Shown piece by piece: positions 35,979 to 45,777 of a DNA stretch of 45,777 bases. Origin of the DNA: Octopus bimaculoides (taxonomy: Eukaryota); assembly GCF_001194135.2 (NCBI RefSeq), contig NC_068988.1, forward strand, positions 53,735,749 to 53,781,525, read 5' to 3'. A model generated the notes under the pieces. The model did not search any database, was not told the origin of the DNA, and saw nothing but the letters and a program-made list of their open reading frames with translations. The position numbers and the translations under genes are program-made. Numbering within the stretch: the stretch's first letter is position 1; each line of letters opens with the position of its first letter.

Positions 35979-36310
35979 GATGAAACAACCAGCAGAGTAG
36001 TCCAACTATTGTTCGAGACAGCAAGCAGTTAGTGAGTCTTCGTATCTCATTGAATTAAGAACCTGTCCATGAAAGAGATTAGCCTGGAAAACAGGGGAGG
36101 TAACTCTCTTGTAAACATTGTACTATTGTTTGTGGCTGTGTGCACTACTGTCAGTAGTCGTTGTAATGCAGAAGTGAACAGCTGATTTCGACACTCCAGT
36201 TCAGAACTACATTTGCCACTTCACTCCACTCACACACATGTAGGTGCGTGTAAATGGGCGCATCTATATTAGTATACGCTCGTTAGTCAATTTCGTCACT
36301 GAAAACAGTT
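35979..36310 (-). promoter_or_regulatory. Putative 5' UTR/promoter region of the SERINC-like gene
   Basis: Unique, CpG-retaining sequence immediately upstream of the ATG. Inr-like TTCAGT near 36298-36303. TSS cannot be determined from sequence. Confidence 0.4.
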
Positions 36311-37049
36311 TTCTACGACTTTTTTTTTTTGTAATCAATTCTCTGAAACTTTAGACTTTGTGTGTTGTTTTGGTTTTATTCTGTGTGTATATCGAATATA
36401 TATGACTCAAAATATAAATAAACACCCAGACGTCTGAAGGCATGAGCACACTGGGTCCATGGGCTCAATTCTAATCCACATAAGCGTTGATTTGCTCAGA
36501 GATCTTATAATACTACTAAGATGGCTTTACACACACACATACGCGTATACACTATAAGTAAACATACATAAAATGCAACAAAAACACGAAATTAAATGAG
36601 AGAAACCGCTTTCACTATGTCTGAAGTAAAAACAAAAAGATCTTTTGAAATATTTCGAATTCATTTTTATATCGAAAAATGTTTCTTACAACTTTGTTTT
36701 TACGTATTTCAAGGCCATTTCCTAGTGAAGCATAGTATAATTCAGGGAGTTTTTTTTTTTCTTTTCTTTTAAGTTCACCCTTCACTGGAAAATTACCGTA
36801 GTATACAAAAAGTGATGTATTGTTACGGAGTTTGATTATAAATCAGGTTATATGTAATTAATGACAAAATTTACCAACACTCTAAAGATATTTTCCTTCT
36901 TGCTACGTATATAATTTAAATGAATTGAATTATGCTGTTTTTTTTTTTTTTTCAATGCAGCAAACGTCTCCTAGTCATTCGTTTGTCTATATAGCATAAT
37001 GTTCAACTATATCTATCACGACACTGCTCTTATTATAACTACGATTTCT

Positions 37050-37270
37050 AATATTGGCTTCAAATTTTAGCACAGGGCCAGCAATTTCAAGGAAGGAGTA
37101 AGTCGGTTACATCAACCTCAGTATTTAACTAGCACCCATTTTATCGACTCCAAAAGGATGAAAGGCAAAGTTGATCTCAGCGGAATTTGAACTCAGAATG
37201 TGAAAACGGACGAAATACCGCTATGCATTTTGCCCGGCGTGCTTAACGATTCTGCCAGCTCGCTGCCTTG
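37050..37270 (-). mobile_element. Family-D SINE (CpG-retaining)
   Basis: ...GGATGAAAGGCAAAGTTGATCTCAGCGGAATTTGAACTCAGAATGTGAAAACGGACGAAATACCGCT...TGCCAGCTCGCTGCCTT. More copies at ~38626-38800(+), 38830-38960(+), 39110-39270(-). Confidence 0.85.
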
Positions 37271-37830
37271 CAACGATGTCTCATATTCGCACAAAATCTG
37301 AAAAGATATTGGAGAGATATAGTTGAGTGAATGTACTTGGGATATGACTGTTATTTCAACAGTAGAATTTAAACTCAAAAGTAAAATGGTATATTTAAAT
37401 ATAGCAAAACATTACGTCCAGTAGGCTATCAGTACTACTACCCCTGCCTTCGAACTTACGATTATAATAGTTGCAACATTAACGTCGGTGGTTTGGCAGA
37501 ATCGTCAGACGGTCGACAAAATTACTGTTGTCGGGGTGGTGATTGTTTATTAGTTACAAGATAAGAGGATACCTTTCTTAGTCATGAACGACCCAACCAT
37601 AAATAAATGTTGTTTCCGTATTTATTATTTCAAATAGTTTATATTTTACACATGTGCAATTGAATCAATATTATATTGGAAAACATTTGCTGGGATGTGT
37701 GTGCTACTTCAAAAGCTTTACAATACTTGAGATGGAAGTTAATACTGTTATGTGACATTTGTGCATGATTATCATAAATAGAATACAAGCAGATAATTTT
37801 ATAGAAAGATATTTGCATAGATAGATAGAT

Positions 37831-38290
37831 AGCAAGATATGTGTTGGCACTCCGTCGGTTACGACGACGAGGGTTCCAGTTGATCCGATCAACGGAACAG
37901 CCTGCTCGTAAAATTAACGTGCAAGTGGCTGAGCACTCCACAGACACGTGTACCCTTAACGTAGTTCTCGAGGAGATTCAGCGTGACACAGANNNNNNNN
38001 NNCACAGACACGTGTACCCTTAACGTAGTTCTCGAGGAGATTCAGCGTGACACAGAGTGTGACAAGGCTGACCCTTTGAAATACAGGTACAACAGAAACA
38101 GGAAGAAAGAGTGAGAGAAAGTTGTGGTGAAAGAGTACAGCAGGGTTCACCTCCCCCCTGCCGGAGCTTTCTGGAGCTTTAGGTGCTTTCACTCAATAAA
38201 CACTCACAATGCCCGGTCTGGGAATCGAAACTGCGATCCTAAGACCACGAGTCCGCTGCCCTAATCACTGGGTCATTGCGCCTCCACTGG
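37831..38290 (-). mobile_element. Family-A SINE spanning a 10-N gap
   Basis: Reverse complement of the 6368-6760 element. Confidence 0.9.
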
Positions 38291-39421
38291 ATAGATATGT
38301 AAGTCGGCATTATAACACCAGGTTAATTACCTTTCCCGAAAATTGTACAAAATGAAAGCACATCTAGTGAAACAGGACGACAGGGCTATCATATGGTTTG
38401 TCCCCTCTTTTTGAGAGCCATGTGCTCAATAAAAGAAATTAGGGCTATCATATGATAGCTTTGTTTCAAGGTTCAATACAACTTTTTAAAACCTCGAGTC
38501 TAGAACTTTCGAAATACAATTTGGCGGGAATTTACATAACTTTTCTTTAACGTCTGCTGTTCTTAATTGCTACATACCGGAGCTGGTCATGATTTTTATG
38601 AAAATGTAATTGAGCTATGGTTCTAGGGCGGCGAGTAGGCAGAATCTTAAGCACATTGGACAAAATTGCTTAGCGGCATTTCGTCTGTCTTTACGTTCTG
38701 AATTCAAATTCTACCGAGGTCGACTTTGCCTTTCGGGGTCGATGAAATAAGTACCAGTTGAGCATTGCTGTCGATGTAATCGACTTTACCCCTCCTCCAA
38801 AAGCGAGGTAGAGACCTGCCATGCTGTATTTATAGCAGCAACTTCACGTTATGAGTTCAAATCCAATCGTGATCAACGTTGCGTTCTACCCTTCAGGTGT
38901 TGATGAAATAAAGTATCAGCTAAATCAAACACTGAGGTTGATTTAACAACCAAGTTTGAATTAGCGTACTTGTGCAGGAAATCATTGCAATAGTCACAAT
39001 AGCAGTTATAGTAAATATGTTTTGCACCACAAAGCGTAAACCGAAAGGATTGAAATAAATATTTTCAAATGTTAGAAAGCTGTGATATGTAATTATAACA
39101 TTGTAAGCACATTGATTCTCTGCTTTCGAGGGGTAGAGGAAAATGTTGGTGGGATGACTCAAGATGATGGCAGGCAAAGTCGACGACAATGGAATTTGAA
39201 CTCAAAACATAAAGAGGAGGAATAAATACCGCAAGGCATTTTGTCCGATTCTGCCGACTTGCCGCCTCTATAAATTTTTACACAGGTACAAGATCAGAAA
39301 TTATAGAAGATGTACTTCATTTCATGTTGCTCCAGTCCATTCAGCTGGCAAAAATGAGTAATTCTACAACGGACCGGCATCCCGTCCAGGAGTATATACG
39401 CCACGGATACCGGGAAACCGG

Positions 39422-41239
39422 TATAGCGATTTCAGATTACCTCCCATTCAGATTACACCACTCCCGTTAACTTGAAATCGCTTTCAGATTACCAGCACCT
39501 AAAATCTTTCGTCGCCGTGATAACAAATAGGCAGATAATGGGTGAACCCATTAAATGTATATGTTGATGTTTATTATGTGTATGTATGCTTAATGTACAT
39601 TTGTAAATGAAAGAGAAAGTAATGTAAATGAAAGAGAAAGTCAGAGCTTTCATTTAGTTGGAGTTTTCCCTTGAAGCTGAAGAAACTTGAAAGAAGCATA
39701 TCCAGAATTGCTACTTTTAGTACACAAGACAAAGCTGACAACATTGATTTGATATTTGATTATGTTGTTAACAACAAATATGGACCTCATATGTCCAAAA
39801 ACGAAAAGGTAAACCTACGTAGGCTCTCAAAGCATTAGGTTGCACGGAGTGGTCAACTCTACTATCGTCACAGAGCAGAGAGATAAGAAATTCTGGGAAA
39901 ATGTGTCAAAAAGTGAACCCTGTTTACAAAATTAATGTTCGAGAACTTCATCCGGTTCCTGTGCCAAATGAAGTGATGACCCAAATTGGTGTCGATATCA
40001 CTAATTTGCCAAAAACAGATGATGGCTATTGCATTGTTGTTGCAATGGATTACTTTTCCAAATGGCCTGAATCTTGACCTTTGAATGTCAGCATGGCTGC
40101 ATAAAAATTCAAATAAATAACCAAAGAAGTGAATTCGTAAATAGAGTGTCTGCTGAACTATATAAACTGACAGGAACACAGTAGCACATAACAAGTGCTT
40201 ATCACCCTCAAACAAATGGCCTCGTGGAGCGACAGAACCGCACTATAAAAGATACTTTATCAAATCCCTTGAGGACCGTGGCAACTGGGTTGAATGCTTA
40301 CAAGCAGATCTGTTTGGGATCTTTCTGACTTGGCGGACACCATTTGTTTTCTAACGAAACACTTTCAAACTTGGGATACTGGTAAGATTCTTTGTTTGCG
40401 TGTCGAACAGCCAAACATTCTTCATCACATTTTACCCCATTTCAAATTTTATACAACAGGCAAGCTACACTTCCAGTTGAACAACCTCTGCTACATGTCT
40501 ATAAAAAAAAAAGTACTCTATTCCAAAATCACTTTCTCATTAACAAAAACAAAAAAGAAAAAAATGTGTTTATTAGAAAAAAATTGCAAACACAGAATCT
40601 TTGATATTCGACGGGTTATTTTCAGCGCATCATAAAAATGTTTTTTAAAAATTTAATATTTTTGTCTTATTTTCATATTTTAAGATTAGTTTACTATCTT
40701 GAATGTAATCCGTGTTTAATGTTATAAAAATATCAGGAGTTGTAAGTCTTAGAATTTATTATATTAGCAATATCATGACCCAGTGGTTAGGGCAGCGGAC
40801 TCGCGGTCGGAGGATCGCGGTTTCGATTCCCAGACCGGGCGTTGTGAGTGTTTATTGAGCGAAAACACCTAAAGCTCCACAAGGCTCCGACAGGGGGGGG
40901 GGGGGTGACGACCCCTGTTGTACTCTTTCGCCCCAACTTTCTCTCACTATCTCTTCCCGTTTCTTGAGTAACGCTGCGATGGACTGGCGTCCCGTCCAGA
41001 TGGGAGTGGGGGACACATACGCCATAGAAACCGGGAAACCGGGCCCATGAGCCTGGCTAGGCTTTAAAAGGGCGCATAAAAAAATAGACAATATCATTGA
41101 GGGGCTAATGTGAACAGCGTGGGGGGTAATTTGAAATCGGTATCAGATTATACACCGCCACCAGTAATCTGAAATCATTAGCTTGAAATAGAGTGGGGAG
41201 GGGTGAAATGAAGGGTGGAGGTAACTTGAAATCTTTACA
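39422..41239 (+). mobile_element. Ginger1/GIN-like (Gypsy-integrase-related) DNA transposon relic
   Basis: TIR-like ends TATAGCGATTTCAGATTACCTCC and GGAGGTAACTTGAAATCTTTACA; 4-bp TSD CCGG/CCTG; splits a SINE tail. Integrase remnant at ~39743-40480: IFDYVVNNKYGPHMSKNEKVNLRR..GQLYYR, LHPVPVPNEVMTQIGVDI..DYFSKWPE, INNQRSEFVN..TSAYHPQTNGLVERQNRTIK, FACRTAKHSSSHFTPFQILYNRQATLPVE. Confidence 0.8.
40777..41088 (+). mobile_element. Family-A' SINE (A head, different tail) nested in the Ginger-like element
   Basis: 9-bp TSD CAATATCAT (40768-40776, 41089-41097); tail GGCTAGGCTTTAAAAGGGCGCA-TAAAAAA. Confidence 0.88.
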
Positions 41240-41284
41240 CCTGCCCTTATGAGTCAGTGACTCGGGAAGGAACTTTACTTTTTT

Positions 41285-43395
41285 TTAGTCGATTGATTAC
41301 ATGGAAACGAATAGTTGAGTAGTGCTTTATTTTAGTGACTCTAGAAAAATGAAAAGCAAAGCCTATCTCGACGGTAAAGAGCCTGGATAAAAACCATAAG
41401 GTATTTCGTTCGACGCGCCAACAATTCTAATTTTCCACCGACCTAGCAATAGTAATTGCTCTTAAGGTAAGCAGTTTTTGAAAGAGGGTTAGTCGATACT
41501 ATTGATCCTGGTACTAGACTTCATTTTATTGATTCTGGAGATATGAAAGGTAAAGATGACCTCGGTGTGATTTGAAATCGAAACTCAAAGAACCGGGGGA
41601 AATACTGCGAAGCATTTTCCTGATGCTCAAGCGATTCTGCCAGCTCATCGCCCTCCACCTAGCAATGATAATAACGATTTCAAATTTTGGCACAGGGCTA
41701 GTTATTTTGGGGAGGGGGTANNNNNNNNNNNNNNNNNNNNNNNNNNNNNNNNNNNNNNNNNNNNNNNNNNNNNNNNNNNNNNNNNNNNNNNNNNNNNNNN
41801 NNNNNNNNNNNNNNNNNNNNNNNNNNNNNNNNNNNNNNNNNNNNNNNNNNNNNNNNNNNNNNNNNNNNNNNNNNNNNNNNNNNNNNNNNNNNNNNNNNNN
41901 NNNNNNNNNNNNNNNNNNAGCAGTTTTTGAAAGAGGGTTAGTCGATACTATTGATCCTGGTACTAGACTTTATTTTATCAGCCCCGGAAGAATGAAAGGA
42001 AAAGTTGGCCTCGGCGTCATTTGAACGTAAAAAGTTGTGACTAAATACCACAAGTCATTTTGTCTGATGCTCTAATGATTCTTACAACTACCCTCGGCCT
42101 GAAAGTAATAATACCTCTTTCTATTATCGACACAAGATCCGAGATTTTGTGGGATGGTGCTATACGATTACATCGACCCCAGGGTTGAAAGGGAAAGTCA
42201 ATCTGGGTGACATCTGAACTCAGAACATATGCATTTTTGTCAGACGCAGTAACGATTCTGTCAGCTCGCCGTCTTGCCAAGCAATAATAATAGCATCAGA
42301 TCTTGGTACAAAGCCAGTAATTTTGAGAGAAGTGGGGAAGTTAACTACATCGAGCCCGGTGCTCAGCTGGTTCTTATTTTATCGATTTCGAAAGGACGAA
42401 CGGCAAAGTCAGTCTTGGCGACATATGAACTCAGGTCGTAAAACTGGAAGAAACGCCGCTAAGCATTTTGTTCTATGCAATAACAATTCTGTGGAGGCGC
42501 AATGGCCCAGTGGTTAGGGCAGCGGACTCGCGGTCGGAGGATCGCAGTTTCGATTCCCAGACCGGGTGTTGTGTGTGTTTATTGAGTGAAAACACCTAAA
42601 GCTCCGACAGTGGGTGGTGACGACCCTGTTGTACTCTTTCGCCCCAACTTTCTCTCACTCTCTCTTCCTGTTTCTTGAGTAACGCTGCGATGGACTGGCG
42701 TCCCGTCCAGTTGTGGCAGAGTGGGGGACACATACGCCATAGAAACCGGGAAACCGGGACCATGAACCTGGCTAGGCTTTAAAAGGGCGCATAAATAAAA
42801 TAANNNNNNNNNNNNNNNNNNNNNNNNNNNNNNNNNNNNNNNNNNNNNNNNNNNNNNNNNNNNNNNNNNNNNNNNNNNNNNNNNNNNNNNNNNNNNNNNN
42901 NNNNNNNNNNNNNNNNNNNNNNNNNNNNNNNNNNNNNNNNNNNNNNNNNNNNNNNNNNNNNNNNNNNNNNNNNNNNNNNNNNNNNNNNNNNNNNNNNNNN
43001 NGATCGACCTGGAAAAGATAAAAGGTAATATCGACCTCGGCGGAATTTGAACTCAGAACATAGCGACGGGCGAAATACCACTAAGGATTTCGTCCGGTGT
43101 GCTAACGATTCTGCCAGCTCACCGCCTTTGGCTTATACTAATAAGCTCTTTCTTTTATTTCTTTCTTTCTTTATTGCTCACCGGGGACCAAACACAGAGG
43201 TGACAAACAAGGACAAACAAAGGGATTAAGTCGATTACATCGACTCCAGTGCGTAACTGGTACTTATTGAATCGACCCCGAAAGGATGAAAGGCAAAGTC
43301 GACCTCGGCGGAATTTGAACTCAGAACGTAACGGCTGATGAAATACTGCTAGGCATTTCGCCCGGCGTGCTAACAATTCTGCCAGTTCGCCGCCC
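41285..43395 (-). mobile_element. Cluster of same-orientation family-D SINE copies
   Basis: At least 7 partial copies (~41285, 41470, 41919, 42110, 42295, 43002, 43170), interleaved with gaps and an A' SINE. Confidence 0.8.
42491..42803 (+). mobile_element. Family-A' SINE inserted in a family-D copy
   Basis: GTGGAGGCGCAATGGCCCAGTGG head; same tail as 40777-41088; ends at an N-gap. Confidence 0.88.
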
Positions 43396-43515
43396 TAACT
43401 GTTTCTTTTATTGTCAAAAACTCGATGGATAAGAGGACATTATAGGGATGGGTTACAAAAAAAAGTGGTGGGTTTGCATTTAAATCAGATGAATGAGAAA
43501 AAAACGAAACATAGT

Positions 43516-43555
<40 letters not shown>

Positions 43556-43686
43556 CAAATATCAGGGTCAATTTTATTAACTAACTTCTCCTCTCAAATT
43601 TCTGGCTTTGTATCTATATTCCTTTTTCAGGACAACTCATATTTAGATTAGGCCTATTCACTTGGACCAAGCTCACCTAAAAGTTC

Positions 43687-44018
43687 AAGGTAAGTGCTCC
43701 CTTCTGTCATGAATAACCATGGGATTGCACCTAGAAAGTTCCCCTCCGAGGCATAAGTCCGGGCAAAGTTGTTTATGAAAGACCAGCAGTCGCCTCTACA
43801 CACCAGTCTCCCCTCTCAACGTCGCTGATGTTGAAAGGCAAAAGCCGATACAACTTGGCACCAGAGACATCGCAACTCATTTCTACAGCTGAGTGAACTG
43901 GAGCAACGTAAAATAAAGTGTCTTGCTCAAGAACACAACACACGGCTTGGTCCGGGAATCGAACTCACTATCTCATGATTGTGAGCTCGATGCTCTGACC
44001 ACTGAGTCATGCGCCTTC
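43687..44018 (-). mobile_element. Full-length tRNA-SINE family C
   Basis: Minus-strand head GAAGGCGCATGACTCAGTGG, B box GAGTTCGATTCC, body GTTCTTGAGCAAGACACTT. Confidence 0.85.
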
Positions 44019-45777
44019 GTGACCTATTTTTCCACCTGTCACATTTTTTTCTTTTCCACGTGAAATTAGAAAAGGTCGATAGAGGCTTGACGAAAAAAGG
44101 AGGGGCGTTTGTTCTCTGTCCTTTCAGTGGCGTACACTCTTTCACCATAGCAACCAGACAATGAAAAGAAGACGTAGCTATCTTCCCGACGGACTCAATT
44201 AACAGCGCGACAAAACTCCCCAAACTAGCAATGTTCAGAAAACGGAACGAATGCGTGCGGAACGGTTTCGTCGCCCTGCATCAATCTTAGACAGGTACGG
44301 CTGACAGCACTTCCGTATTTCGAAGTAGCAATGCGTCCCGATAACATTATCAAACTAGAAGTTTCTTGAAGTCATCCATAGGCGCAAGCATGTCTATGTA
44401 GTTAAGAAGCTCATTTTGTAACTCTGTGAGTTCGGGGATCAGTTCTACTGCGCGGCACCTCCGGCAAGTCTCTTCTGCTATAGTCCCGGGTCGACCAATG
44501 TTGTATGAGTGTATTTGGTAGACAGAAACTGTGTGGAAGCTCGTCGTGTGTGTGTGTCTGTGTGTGTGCGCGCGTGCGCTTGCGTTTGTTTCCTACCATC
44601 GTTTGACAATCTGCACTGGTTAGCGGTTTGGAAATAAGAGGCCGCTAGAAAAAGTACTAGACTTAAAAGTAAGTCCTGAAGTCGATATGTTCAACTAAAA
44701 TTCAAGATAATGACTGAAAGAAGTAAAAGGTAAAAAATAGTCTGGCGGAAATTCTTCATGAAAAGATCAGTCAGTAGATGTCAACGCTCAAAGTTTCTCC
44801 GAGAATGTTGTCACGCTTCCCCACCGGCCATGTTGCTTAGCAGCACGATGATGGGAGCACCAGATAACATTTCAGATGCCAGACATTCAATGTTCAGTCT
44901 TCTCTCTTGACCTAGGGTTGAAAATTCATTAAAGAGACAAGCTTTGGAAGACATGACTGACATAGTATGACTACACATGCTTACAGTCCACGAAACCCTG
45001 TAGACATCGTAGATTTAGTTAATGCATGTGCATCATTTGATGCTGCATACCGAATCCCTCACCACTACGCAGTGGGTGTTCGCGGCAATTGGACCACTTA
45101 ATTTGTAGAATATGTCTCGTCCATTAGTTGTAAGAAAGCAGACGCTTCAATCTGGTCAGATGAAAATTGGAGCAAAACACAGAGACATTGTACTCGTTCA
45201 CTACCACCACCACCACCACCACAGCTTGACTTTTCATGGATAGCTTCTAAGTCTTTTTCTGGATCAGGCTAGCGATCCTACAAAATGCTGGAGAAAATAA
45301 AATTAAAATAAAAAATAATGAAATCTGCAATCATTTGTATATCGTTCGTTCACATAAACACCTAAAAAAATTAGCTTCATCCGCCTCACATGAATTGTCT
45401 CCCTTACATTGTTCGGTGAGATAACTTCTTAGCCTCGTTGCATTAACTCCGTTGATTAATTGAGGGAACAACTGGAGGTTAAACATCAAAATATCTGTCA
45501 GAAATGTTTTATGTTAACCTTTCTCTTTCCACGAAGGAGAACCTAACTTCTACCTCTGCTTGTTTTTTTTCTTTTCCCTCTCTTTGGTCGTAGTTATAAA
45601 CCAGTTATTTCTAAGAAGAAATAAACAGAACATCCCAGAATGAACACTTCCAATGGAATTTTCTTTCCTTTTCTTTTTTTTTTATAGATATTTTACCGAC
45701 TCATTTAAATAAATAAATGACTTTCTTCGACGAATTCTTATTCATTTTGCACCACTTCTAGAATGTCTTATCTTTTA

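Noticed and set aside
37939-38056. Exact 54-bp direct repeat flanking a 10-N gap
   Set aside because: Typical unmerged contig overlap; the other family-A copy has the segment once.
39868-40215. 115-aa minus-strand ORF
   Set aside because: Antisense of the Ginger-like integrase remnant.
41470-41970. 52-bp identical segment at 41470-41521 and 41919-41970
   Set aside because: The second copy starts exactly at a gap edge and then diverges; likely a gap-filling artefact.
42491-42570. tRNA gene-like segments (also 6368, 27605, 40777, 43950-44018)
   Set aside because: A and B boxes run directly into SINE bodies, with no complete cloverleaf or terminator.

Overview
AT-rich animal genomic DNA with five N-gaps (668-767, 30600-30724, 37993-38002, 41721-41918, 42804-43001). 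The SINE repertoire points to an octopus or other coleoid cephalopod (inference from repeat families). The only host gene I can support is the 5' part of a SERINC5-like serine incorporator/TMS membrane protein on the minus strand. It has 7 coding exons (35978-35955, 15856-15689, 13135-12957, 9055-8979, 7840-7747, 7317-7274, 4808-4635), all GT-AG and phase-compatible, giving 253 aa plus 1 nt; the gene continues beyond the left edge. The rest is layered mobile DNA: several tRNA-headed SINE families with swapped modules, RTE LINE fragments, two mariner relics, Tc1/mariner-, hAT- and piggyBac-type MITEs, a Penelope-like GIY-YIG endonuclease relic, and a Ginger/GIN-type integrase transposon relic with TIRs and a CCGG target duplication. 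The most unusual items are (1) a 734-bp single-event insertion (12-bp TSD) made of two outward-facing tRNA-SINE/Penelope-type tails, each carrying a degenerate hammerhead-ribozyme-like core, around a 196-bp near-perfect palindrome; (2) a 112-nt pre-miRNA-like intronic hairpin; (3) the Ginger-like element. Almost all ORFs in the supplied track are microsatellite or antisense-TE artefacts. Repeat boundaries are approximate unless a TSD or TIR is quoted.
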